Origin: Octopus bimaculoides | Taxonomy: Eukaryota | Direction: 5' to 3' | Length of the DNA stretch: 33,258 nt | NCBI RefSeq assembly: GCF_001194135.2 | Contig: NC_068981.1 | Location: 24,005,831-24,039,088 of the forward strand | Shown: in pieces, positions 1 through 10,345 of the stretch | Numbering within the stretch: position 1 is the first letter of the stretch | Layout of the letters: each line of letters starts with the position of its first letter | Position numbers and translations under genes: made by a program | Notes under the pieces: model-generated | The model's input: the letters and a program-made list of their open reading frames with translations, nothing else | Told to the model about the DNA's origin: nothing | The model's database searches: none

Positions 1-295
1 AGTAATCTACTATCACAGCGAGTTGGAATTACCATGCCTTCACAACGGAACGAAAGGACCACGTGCGCTTGCAGGAAATAACAGTAAACTATGAGTGTCA
101 TTCTTAATTTTGATTTCAATTTTATTTTATTAATAGCCCTCTCCTCTTCTCATATTTTATACTAATATTTGATAAGGTTTTTCACAAAAAACGAAACATG
201 TAATGTAAATTAATTAAAACACCCCCAATTTTTTTTTTAAAGTAGCATTTTCATTTTTATTTATCTTTAATATATATATATATATATATATATAT

Positions 296-720
296 GGGTG
301 TGACTCGTGGCTGTGTAGTAAGAAGTTTGCTTCCCAGTCACATGATTCCAGGTTCAGTCTTGGGCAAATGTCTTTTGCTATAGCCTTGAGCTGACCAAAG
401 TCTCGTAAGTGGATTTGGTAGACGGAAACAGAAAGAAGCCCGTCGTACACACACGCGCACACACACATACACACACACGGACATATACACACTTATACGT
501 ACATACATACACTTGCGTGTGTGTGTTTTTGTATCATTATTTCTTCCTCGTCACTAGTTGGAGACCTGTATTGGTGTGTTTAAGTTCACGTCGGGAAAGG
601 AGACTAATAGAATCAGTACCAAGCTTAGAAAGTAATAATAGGTACTGGCGTAGATTCGTTCGACCAAAATTCTTCAAGGCGATACTACGACATATCTAAA
701 ACATGAAAGAGATAAAAGAT
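296..720 (+). mobile_element. Degenerate copy of composite tRNA-derived SINE (head, internal microsatellite, 3' module)
   Basis: Matches the 11756-12197 copy: GTGGCTGTGTAGTAAGAAGTTTGCTTCCC head and GGATTTGGTAGACGGAAAC..AAGAAGCCCGTCG, then (CA)n and a diverged 3' module ending in GAGATAAAAGAT. It has an internal deletion. Confidence 0.8.
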
Positions 721-743
721 ACCCATACACACACACACACACA

Positions 744-776
<33 letters not shown>

Positions 777-1374
777 NNNNNNNNNNNNNNNNNNNNNNNN
801 NNNNNNNNNNNNNNNNNNNNNNNNNNNNNNNNNNNNNNNNNNNNNNNNNNNNNNNNNNNNNNNNNNNNNNNNNNNNNNNNNNNNNNNNNNNNNNNNNNNN
901 NNNNNNNNNNNNNNNNNNNNNNNNNNNNNNNNNNNNNNNNNNNNNNNNNNNNNNNNNNNNNNNNNNNNNNNNNNNNNNNNNNNNNNNNNNNNNNNNNNNN
1001 NNNNNNNNNNNNNNNNNNNNNNNNNNNNNNNNNNNNNNNNNNNNNNNNNNNNNNNNNNNNNNNNNNNNNNNNNNNNNNNNNNNNNNNNNNNNNNNNNNNN
1101 NNNNNNNNNNNNNNNNNNNNNNNNNNNNNNNNNNNNNNNNNNNNNNNNNNNNNNNNNNNNNNNNNNNNNNNNNNNNNNNNNNNNNNNNNNNNNNNNNNNN
1201 NNNNNNNNNNNNNNNNNNNNNNNNNNNNNNNNNNNNNNNNNNNNNNNNNNNNNNNNNNNNNNNNNNNNNNNNNNNNNNNNNNNNNNNNNNNNNNNNNNNN
1301 NNNNNNNNNNNNNNNNNNNNNNNNATATATATATATATATATACGTATGATGTCAGGTACTATCTGGTCATTTG

Positions 1375-2390
1375 TGTTTCAAAACAACCTTTCATAGCTG
1401 AGGGCTTCGCATCATTCTGTGCACTCATAATGTTGAACTTTTATCTCAATAATCTTCAACTGTTGATGTGTTTCTCCCATCAACTGTTTTTGAGTAGTTC
1501 CAACATTCTCAGATAACATGCCTTGAAGATCCATTCTGTGGAGCAAAGCCGTGTTTGGGACAAGATAGTTGACTTGACGTGCACGTTATCAGAAAAATAA
1601 TTTGAGGTTACTTGATAGTTTGGTACATTGTCTAAGAGGAGCAATACTTGATTGGAACTATTAAGTTTGGTACTTTCGTAAATCAGACTTGAAAACGATT
1701 TTCACTCACCCAAGTCTTCTTACTTGAACGCCGAATCACAAGCAGATTAAACTCAATATAGACTGTGAAAGTCCTTAGATTTTTAGGTGTGATACACAAG
1801 TAGGTGCTTTAATTACACATTACAGATTTTCCCCCCAGAGCGATGTTTATAATCAGCAAATCCTGTTGACGATATTCTCATCACTAGAAAAAAAAGAAGA
1901 CCCAGCATGAGTGTGCTTCCAGAAATATACAGTATTTTCAAAATTGTGTCTTCTGGTGTGTAGCTTCATTTGCCTATCGCGTTCATCAGTTTCTCAAATA
2001 ATTATTAGCACCTTTTGTATCAACGCTGAAAGCTTCACAGGTGAATTAAGGCGCCTCTTACAATTGTCAAATTAATCGTTACAAGAAATAAACCATTTTA
2101 CATGAGAAATTGTACCTTCGCTTTTGTAAATCGTCATATCAGCTTTGAAATTTCGTTTGATTGGCGTTGTGTTTTTCGGCAAATTACGTCCTGCTTGATT
2201 GCCGATACACACACTCAGGAGCCGTTCCATATTTAACATCATGTTAGAATTATGAAAACACAATGTCCGAGCAGTTAACAAAGGAACTGCTTGGGCACTT
2301 GGTATAATTTTGTCTTTTTTGTCAGGTAATGGTCTGCACTGTATCGTTAGCAAACTAATATTTTTGCAATGAAACTTTTTTCCTCATGCA
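1375..2390 (-). mobile_element. Tigger/pogo-family (CENP-B HTH + DDE_1) transposase fossil, frameshifted
   Basis: Minus-strand translation across frames gives MLNMERLLSVCIGNQ, FDNCKRRLN, YTPED..VYFWKH, LKHLLVYH, LLVIRRSSKKTWVS, VLLLLDNVPNY, VNYLVPNTALLHRMD and FKACYLR. These are colinear with Tigger1/TIGD motifs (MERLLSVW, WF.RFKRR, IFN.DET..FWK, KPLLVYH, W..N.KAW, LLLDNA.GH, FLPPNTT...QPMD, FK..Y). It has multiple stops, and no TIRs were located. Confidence 0.85.
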
Positions 2391-2652
2391 CCAAGTTACT
2401 ACAGGACACAATACTAAGGTGGCACGATAGATTCTATCATTCAATAGAAAGCACAGAAGATTGTTGTTCTTGTAGAGTACATCTTCCATATGGACTTCTA
2501 CATACAACAATAGTCACGAAATGATTAAATTAATAGCGGATTTAGAAGCAATCTAATGTTGTTACGTGAAACAAAAGACTCTATGCAACAGCAGAGCTAC
2601 TGGAAGACATTGAAATCACAAAGACCTCATTCCTCGGACATACAGTGATGTA

Positions 2653-2684
<32 letters not shown>

Positions 2685-3109
2685 GACTCTAGAAGTGTGT
2701 CAAATTTCGGTGTTCAGAGGTAGACTATTCCCATGAATTACTTGCTATTGCATAGTCATGGATCTACCTTTCCTAGCAGAAGTCAAAACCACATGCTGTC
2801 AGTTTTGGGTTCACAGGTTTTCGATATTTTACCAAGTAAATGGAGTGTTTGCAAATGATATTAAAGAAATGTGAAGATACTCTTCTGTTTGTCATCCAAT
2901 ATGAACCAAAGTCATGACAAAAGATATAATTAAGTGCAGCGGCATCAAACTCAGTGATTCCTCAAAAGCTATTTACAAAACGTGTGTCTAATAGAAACAG
3001 TAGTAATTTGCAGAGGTGGTCTTTCAACATAAGAGTAGCACCTGAGCTGGACGATTAAGAAACTAAAATCATGTATGTAGTCGTATTCTACATTTGACAC
3101 ATGTATATG

Positions 3110-3314
3110 TAGGAGTGGGTGCTGAAAATGTTCTTGCTTAAGGGTATTTCGAAAGGCCTGGCTGAAAGCCTCAACTTCCTTGTTCTTTTACTGGGCTTTG
3201 AAAAAGGAACTCTGCAATAAGTGTGTGAATCTGAAGAAGCAATAAAATCCTACTTAACTGATGTTCGTGTATTATCTTTTACACAAAGCCAGGAACCTTG
3301 CAGCACACCCTCGT
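3110..3314 (+). mobile_element. Mariner-derived MITE (~205 bp)
   Basis: Imperfect terminal inverted repeats GGGTGCTGAAAATGTTCTTGCTT ... AAAGCCAGGAACCTTGCAGCACACCC. The interior encodes the mariner C-terminal relic CNKCVNL. Confidence 0.7.
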
Positions 3315-3530
3315 GTATGTATGTATGTATGTACATGTATATATATNNNNNNNNNNNNNNNNNNNNNNNNNNNNNNNNNNNNNNNNNNNNNNNNNNNNNN
3401 NNNNNNNNNNNNNNNNNNNNNNNNNNNNNNNNNNNNNNNNNNNNNNNNNNNNNNNNNNNNNNNNNNNNNNNNNNNNNNNNNNNNNNNNNNNNNNNNNNNN
3501 NNNNNNNNNNNNNNNNNNNNNNNNNNNNNN

Positions 3531-3642
<112 letters not shown>

Positions 3643-4170
3643 CACGTGTATATATTTCTGTGTATGTTTGTGCGAGTTGGTGTTTGCGTGTGGGCGTACT
3701 CCGCCTCTGGGTACTTATAAACTAATACATAAGCAAATATATCTGCATCTTTATCTAACTGTGTATCAATATTTATATCTCTAATCCAAGTTAGGTCGTT
3801 CACTCTTTTTCAGTCCATGATGAAATCAGCAAAAAAAGATAAAAAGAAAAAAAAAAGACATGTTTACAATTGTCAATTTAGATTTACGCATTAAAGCAGC
3901 TTCGGGTAAAATATTGTTCTATTTCTGAAAACATATGGATTTATCCTACATCTCAATTGTTTACAGCTACATTTCATAGTAAAACACACACACACACACA
4001 CAGAGAATCACACACATACACACACAATCACACATACACACACACAGAGAATCACACATACACACATACACACATACACATACTCGCATGCACATATACG
4101 TATATAGAACAAGCGACGCAAACTTAGTGTATAGATACAGATTTTCAGCAGATAAACATTTGAATATTTG

Positions 4171-4336
4171 GCGCAAGCGTTCCTGTGTAGTAAGAAGCTT
4201 GTTTCCCAACCACGTGGTTTCAAGTTTAGTCCCACTGCGCGGCACCTTGTGCAAGTGCCTTCTGTTATAGCCTCAGTCTAATCAAAGAAAGCCTTGTGAG
4301 TGGAATTGGTTGACAGAAACTGAAAGAAGCCTTTCG
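4171..4336 (+). mobile_element. Composite SINE, 5' half only
   Basis: tRNA-like head, GGCACCTTGTGCAAGTG core and GAAACTGAAAGAAGCC, ending at (TA)n. Confidence 0.8.
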
Positions 4337-4388
4337 TGTGTATATATATATATATATATCTGTAAATAATATGTGACAATTATTCGGT

Positions 4389-4460
4389 AGCCATGATAAA
4401 ACTCCGAGTTTCGGATGTCGGGGCGGAAACCCACGCCGCCATCTCTTCAGTTATCTGGCC
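4389..4460 (-). ncRNA. Type I hammerhead ribozyme motif (Penelope-type, minimal near-palindromic stem III)
   Basis: Minus strand reads GGCCA-GAUAA / CUGAAGA / GAUGGCGG-CGUGGGUUU-CCGCC..CAUCC / GAAA / CUC-G-GAG / UU / UUAUC-A-UGGCU. All conserved core nucleotides are present. Stem I is 5 bp + bulged A + 5 bp, and stem II has one extra C at its base. The predicted GUU cleavage site lies between 4400 and 4399. Confidence 0.75.
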
Positions 4461-4534
4461 ATATCGTTCTGACTTTTCTCATTTTTGATGGCGTTCCCTA
4501 TATAGGTACAAATGTAATTATTTCCCACTTGAAA

Positions 4535-4626
4535 TTCAAGGCTCTGATGCAGTTATAAGATGTTATTCAGGCACTCCACTATGAGACGTTTGCATCTTAT
4601 AGCAGAAACAGATGTAAGCTAATGAA
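4535..4626 (+). ncRNA. Variant hammerhead-like fold
   Basis: UUCA-A-GGCU / CUGAUGCA / 11-bp stem II GUUAUAAGAUG:CAUCUUAUAGC / A-GAAAC-AGAU-GUA / AGCU-AA-UGAA. All three stems pair in type I topology, but the core deviates at the stem II junction (extra C after G8 and extra A before G12). Confidence 0.45.
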
Positions 4627-4725
4627 AACTAATCATTTATTCTTTTGTCAACTCTCTTATATATATATATCTTTATTCCTTTGACATCTCTCTCTTATAT
4701 ATATATATACATGTGTGTGTATGTG

Positions 4726-4767
<42 letters not shown>

Positions 4768-4798
4768 CGTGCGTGTATTTATATATAGCTAGATATTT

Positions 4799-4968
4799 CA
4801 CGACGGGCTTTCAGTTTCAGTCTACTGCTATTAAATCCACTCACAAAGATTTGGTCGACCCGAAGCTATCTATAATGGAAGACAGTTGATCGAGGTTTCA
4901 CACAGTGGGACTGAACCCAGTACTATGTGGTTAGGAAACAAACTTCTTACCACACAGCCACACCAATG
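4799..4968 (-). mobile_element. Composite SINE, 5' half
   Basis: Reverse complement of the head and core (CAGTGGGACTGAACCC...CTTCTTACCACACAGCCAC). Confidence 0.8.
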
Positions 4969-6578
4969 CCTACCTTTTACTATTCTTCTTTTAATTGTTC
5001 CAGACAATGGGCTACAGCCATGTTAGGCACAATTTTCGAAACACCGCATTTAAATCAAATTTATCGATCACACATCTTAGGCTATTTTTATCGATCTCTA
5101 TTTATCATATGGCTCAGTTCACTTACTGAGTTTATGTAGCTAACCCCTCCCCCTCATGCAGTAAATACCGCAAGGAATTTACAGATTCTGACGAAGACAT
5201 AGACACCTACCTTTGTCAGGAATCATTATTTATTTTTACTAATTACAACTGAAAATAGCGTTGATTCATTTAAGGTGGAAGGAGTAATTAGTTCATGCAG
5301 TCAAGATGGTATTCTCAAAAACAAAACATCAGCAGTTTCTCCCACTTTCTTCTCTCTCTCTCTTTTCTTTATAATCTTCCTCTCTTCTTCTTTTCTCTCT
5401 CCCACCCTCTCTTTCGTTCTCTCTCTTTCCTTCTCTCTTAATCTCCTTTTCTATGCTTTTCTTTACTTTTTCCTTTTGTTATGCTGTATCTCTAATCTGA
5501 TGATTAATAATATGTCTCTCAATGAATTAATTGGTGTAGGACACAGAAAGGAAGAGAAAGAGGGCGAAAGAGAGAGAAAGAGAAAGAGAAAGAAAAGGAG
5601 ACAAAAATAGAGAGGTCGAGAGACAGAGAGAGAGAGAGAAAGCGTGAGAGAGAAAGAGAAAGGATGTAAGAAAGAAAGAGAGGGAAAGAAAAAGAAAGAC
5701 AGAGAAAGAGAAAGAGAGAAAGGGAGTGAGTGACTGCTTTTTCGTCAAGACTAACAAACATTATTACGACTTGATTGATTAAAAAAAAACTACAAATATA
5801 AATCACAACAATAATAAAAAGCAATTACAATTACAAGGATGTCAATGCAAATGGATAGAGGGGGAATGGTGTGTGTGTGGGGGGGACATTCTAGAAGTGT
5901 TGACAACAACAAGAAATGGCGTGAAATGAGATTAGCCATGTAGTGGAAAACAAACGGCAACAGGACATCGATCGTCATTTGGTGAGAGAAATGGGGGAAG
6001 AACAGAAAAAAAAAGAAAAAAAAAAGATGGAGAACAATTTCATTCAGAAAAGAGGTTTGTCGTTCCCTACTAGAAGTTGTACTACTGTAATGGCTACAAC
6101 CTCCTTCATTCTCCTCATCTTTTAATCTTCGCTTGTTTTCTTCTCATTTCTTCGTTCTTTGTTCTTTCCTCCATTTTCTCCATCATCCTAAATCTTGGCT
6201 GAATAGGAAAAGCAAAACTGTAGCCTTTTCTTCTTTACTTTCTGTCTTTCTTTTTTGTTTACATTTTACTACTTTTTTGTCGTTCTTTCGTTTTCTTGTT
6301 ATTCGTTTTCCTTTTCTTCTTCTTTATCTCATTATTCGTTTTCTCCTTCGCACCTCGTCATTTTCTCCTCTTCCTTCTTCACACTTGCTCCGTTTTCTTC
6401 TTTTTCAATTTGGTTGACTGCATTTCTTCTGTAGAAATGTGTGAGTGTGAGCCTGTTCAATTCCAGGCAAATGTGTACAGTATTCAATTTGCGCTTTGTC
6501 CATTTGTTATGAAGGTGATATCATACCGGAGCCGAAGACATTACTGCAAACCTTGATGACTTGTGGCTTTCAACATCT

Positions 6579-6679
6579 ATGGAATTACTTGACGGGTCTC
6601 AATATTGTCTCCTTATTCATAATAACGAGTTCAAACCAGATGGTGATATTTTGAACTCATTTAATAACGCACATTTCAG
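6579..6679 (+). CDS. Putative first coding exon of an unidentified gene (MELLDGSQYCLLIHNNEFKPDGDILNSFNNAHF, phase 2 end)
   Basis: Non-repetitive island after a long pyrimidine tract, with acceptor TTCTTCTGTAG at 6434, ATG at 6579 (ATCTATGG) and donor CAG|GTTTGT at 6680. Its phase joins the 9344 exon. Upstream ATGs and stops make the start uncertain, and no homology was recognised. Confidence 0.3.
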
Positions 6680-6837
6680 GTTTGTGTAATATAAAATAGG
6701 AAATGCATTCATTACGTAAAAAAAAACTTCCTTAGTTGAAATGTTTTAACTGAAGAAGGTTAACGTAATGGATGTATTTCCTATTATATAATATGCAAAA
6801 CTGAAACGTTCATATTAAATGATTTCAAAATATCACT

Positions 6838-6985
6838 ATACGTGGCTGCATGGTAATAAGTTTGCTTCTCAACCACATGGTTCCGTGTTCAATCTCAATG
6901 TGGGGTGCCTTAAGCAACTATGTTTTATTATACCCTCGGAGCAACCAAAGTATATGTATATATACATGTGCGTGCGTGTGTGTGT

Positions 6986-7044
<59 letters not shown>

Positions 7045-7290
7045 TATACATTATATATCTCTGTGTGCGCGCGTGTGTGTGTGTATCTGTCTTTCTTTGT
7101 CCCCCGTCACCGCTTGAAAACCAGTGTTGCTGTGTTTACCCGTAACTTAGTGGTTTGGCAAAAGAAACCGACGTAATAAGTACCATACTAAAAACAAAGG
7201 AGGGTACTGGGGTCAATTCGGTCGACTAAAATTTTTTGTGTCCCTGGATGGCCGAAGTCTGATGGCTGCAGCAAGTGAAAGAGAAAAAAA
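6838..7290 (+). mobile_element. Diverged near-full composite SINE with internal (TA)n/(TG)n
   Basis: Head at 6838-6950, microsatellite, then 3' module CCGCTTGAAAACCAGTGTTG...GGGGTCAATTCGGTCGACTAAA. Confidence 0.75.
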
Positions 7291-7533
7291 CATTTGATTT
7301 GACTTCATCATTACAATTTACACGACTCGATGCCAGTAGAAATTGGTCGGTCTGGACTCCATTTATGTGGATACTCTAATAACGATTTCCACTGTTTCTT
7401 GGGATAACACGAACTACATACATACATACATACATACATACATACATACATACATACATACATACATACACGCATGCAACTATATGCATCAGAATACATA
7501 CATAAGGCAAAACATACAAATCTGCACATATAC

Positions 7534-7688
7534 TGTTGTGTCGACACCCCCAAGCGAAGAAGTAGGATCGCCCAAGACATATAAAAAGAGGTAGTCTGGT
7601 CGTGGTAGAAGGAGTTGAGTAGCCGTCGTGTAGCGGTTGAGTAGAGTTCATCCGAAGGTGCTAGATAGCAGTAGCTTGAGACATAACA
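7534..7688. mobile_element. Probable small solo LTR (155 bp)
   Basis: Termini TGTTGTGTC...GACATAACA (TG..CA, 9-bp imperfect inverted repeat) and a CATATAAAAAGAG TATA-like motif. The homologous repeat at 21129-21190 lacks this segment. No clean target-site duplication is visible. Confidence 0.5.
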
Positions 7689-7741
7689 CACACATACATA
7701 CATACATACATACATACATACAAAAAGACAGACAGACAGAC

Positions 7742-7850
7742 AAAAATACTCTGTAGTTGATGTTGAAATTCGAATGAAGGAGCTTTGGATCTAGGTTAGA
7801 AACCGGCTCTTTCTCTATTGGCAAGAAATCTTGAAATGAAAATGAATAAT

Positions 7851-7853
<3 letters not shown>
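7742..7853 (+). repeat. Interspersed repeat module D (unclassified, (TACA)n-associated), copy 1
   Basis: GTTGATGTTGAAATTC..TGAAGGAGC..GGATCTAGGTTAGAAACCGG..TTTCTCTATTGGCAAGAAATCTTGA recurs at 20941-21041 and 21221-21332. Confidence 0.8.
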
Positions 7854-7925
<72 letters not shown>

Positions 7926-8537
7926 ACATACACACACACACACGCGTATACGCGGTATTTATGATGACTGAATATTTAGCAGTACTTCACTTAAATTTCT
8001 AACATACTGATAGTTTATTACAAACATTCGTTCTCACTTGGATACCGAATTTAATTGTGTCTATTCACAAAATCTTTCAAACGCTGATTCGCAAAAGACA
8101 CTTCTGTGTCTGCTGCAGAGATTTTAAAAACCTAATTTAAGATTGTGTCCATGGCAATACTGAGTGTCTGGGCGTTTTAGTAATTCATGCTTTGCTGTGC
8201 ACAAATAAGAATACTGAAATATGATAAGCAATAGTTTTTGACACTTTTAAAACCTGTTTTATTTTAATCTTTCCATCGACAGTAATTTTGCAGTTGATCC
8301 CAAATGTGTCATTAACACTAGAAAATTGAGATCTCCCAAGTATAACCTATTAGAGTTCATAAGATATCCTATCACTATTGGTATTGTCTTTTCTCCTCGT
8401 TGATAAACAATTTATGTCGTCACTGAAGAGAATATTGTTAGTTCAGTGACGAGACAGTGACGATACCGTTTCATGATCACTTTTTTGTAATCCCCTTATT
8501 GATCACATTAGAAGCTGCTATCTTTTATGATTTATCT

Positions 8538-8705
8538 TTTTCTTGTTTCAGTCATTAGACTGTGGCCATTGCTCGAACGAATTAACCCCAGGACTTTTTT
8601 TAAAAGCCTTGTGGTTATTCTATCGTTTTGCTGAACTGCTAGTATATGGGTACGTAAACACACCTACACCGATTGTCAAGAAATGGTGGAGACAAACGCA
8701 GACAC
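8538..8705 (-). mobile_element. Composite SINE, 3' half
   Basis: TTGTTTCAGTCATTAGACTGTGGCCAT...ACCCCAGGAC...GTAAACACACC is the reverse complement of the 3' module. Confidence 0.75.
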
Positions 8706-9105
8706 AAAATACACACACAAACGGACGCACGCACACGGACGCACGCACACCGAAGCACGCACACGGACGCACGGTGGTAATGGTGGTGTTGGTAGTGGTG
8801 ATGGTAGGAATAGCTGTGGTAATAGAACTTTAAACCCCCAAATAAGATTATTTTTACTGACTTTTCTCTTGACTGAGCTCGTATTTTCCTGCTATCATCA
8901 CAGTGAGCAGTTTTAGTATTGCTGTTGTTAGTGGTAGTAGTCGTAGCAGTAGAAATAGTACCTCTAAGTATTAGTATTATTGTTTATTTCGCTTGGGTTG
9001 GAATTTATTAATAAAGTTCCTTTTTATTTTGTTTATATTCGATGTGCTTCGTTTTCCAGATTTGTTTCATTTATTTCTGAGGTTTTCAGCTATATTCTAG
9101 ATTAT

Positions 9106-9177
<72 letters not shown>

Positions 9178-9178
<1 letters not shown>

Positions 9179-9320
9179 CCTCTTTCAGTTTCCGCCAACC
9201 AAATCCACTCAGAAGGCTTTTGTCGGCCCGCGGCTATAGTAGAAGACCTAGGCCAAGGTGCCACACAGTGGGACTGAACTGTAGCCGGGAAGCAAATTTC
9301 TTGCCACACATCCACGCTTA
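9178..9320 (-). mobile_element. Composite SINE, 5' half, next to (GA)n
   Basis: TTTCAGTTTCCGCCAACCAAATCCACTCAGAAGGCTT...CCAAGGTGCCACACAGTGGGACTGAAC. Confidence 0.8.
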
Positions 9321-9343
9321 CTACATCAATGTTTTACAATTAG

Positions 9344-9470
9344 CTGGAAGACGATTAGAGGTCGTAAAATAACGTACCATTCTCAAACTGGTGAAGCTGA
9401 TGCGCTATATGTTCATACTGAACCTCTGTTAGATCTACAGATAAATGACCGCATGAAAAGCGGAGGTGGA
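9344..9470 (+). CDS. Putative internal exon ((S)WKTIRGRKITYHSQTGEADALYVHTEPLLDLQINDRMKSGGG)
   Basis: Acceptor GTTTTACAATTAG| and donor GGA|GTAAGA bound 127 nt that are open in the frame continuing the 6579-6679 exon (AG + C = Ser). The composition is protein-like and it does not resemble any repeat seen in the window. Confidence 0.4.
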
Positions 9471-9759
9471 GTAAGATAAAATGTTTCTAGAACTACATTA
9501 TCATTGTGTTCCTACTTTTTTAAAAAACTTTGACAGAATAATATAAGGGAGATATTTAACAAATGCTGATTCTAAGAAGTGAAGTAACCCCTTAGTTGTT
9601 CACTCGTTGGCTCACAATTCCCAATGTATGATATATGCGACATTGTCATGTTTTCACTTATATTTATTCTGACCTAATTGACAATGTTTTTATATAGGAG
9701 TATATTACATGCATACCTTATATGCTATAGAGTTTTAAAAATGTAACATTTTTTAATAC

Positions 9760-10345
9760 AGAGTATGTTCTCATCTCCCGTTCCACTCTGCGAAGATGTA
9801 TTATTCAGTCTCAGCTTTTGATCCCATATTATGTTTTATCCACATCAATACAGTCTCGCAGCTCACTAAATATTGGCCATGTCCTCTAGTTTCTTACCAA
9901 GTCATCTCTGGGTTTTATTTTCATGTCAGCTCTTGTGATTTTCATTGCATCACACATCTTTCAGTCGTAAATATTACTTTCCATGTCTTTCAACAGTGGT
10001 TATGCAGTATTATTTATGCACTACGATGCACTAATTTTTTCCTTTTTCATACATTCTCACAACTAATAAATTCTTCTATTTTTTACATGCTTTGACGATA
10101 TAATGATTCATATATCGTAATTCTTCGAGTATTCTCATCTTAATCTGATATTCAGTTTTTTTTCTATTTTACAATTCTTCAACTATTTCTCAAAAGAGAC
10201 ATGACTTGTATATTAATGGCTAGAGTTTTCGTTTTAAAGTTTAGTCCAGATTTAAACCCTAAAAGTTCTTTGAAGTATTCTACAATGTTCCTTTATATTA
10301 CATCAGAGTCTGTCATATGTAGGTATTCATAACCATATATCTTTA
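9760..10345 (-). mobile_element. R4/Dong-like (REL-clade) LINE fragment, RT C-terminal region, highly decayed
   Basis: Translation gives GYEYL, EYF, KSGLNFKTKTLAINIQVMSLLRNS, DENTRR, HGQY and KAETE*YIFA. This is colinear with the R4/Dong pattern YKYLG...LN..NKI.AIN.WAV..LRYS...LDRKTRK...HGQY...ETEG.I.A. Confidence 0.6.

Noticed and set aside
1375-2390. Domesticated TIGD/CENP-B-like gene
   Set aside because: It has numerous stops and frameshifts throughout, so it is a fossil.
5184-5224. CTGACGA-containing hammerhead candidate
   Set aside because: It forms a simple hairpin (GATTCTGACGAAG...TTTGTCAGGAATC), with no GAAA, stem III or NUH in register on either strand.
6745-6820. CTGAAGA...GAAAC hammerhead candidate
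   Set aside because: Stem II barely pairs and stem III has a C:A mismatch, which is expected by chance in AT-rich DNA.
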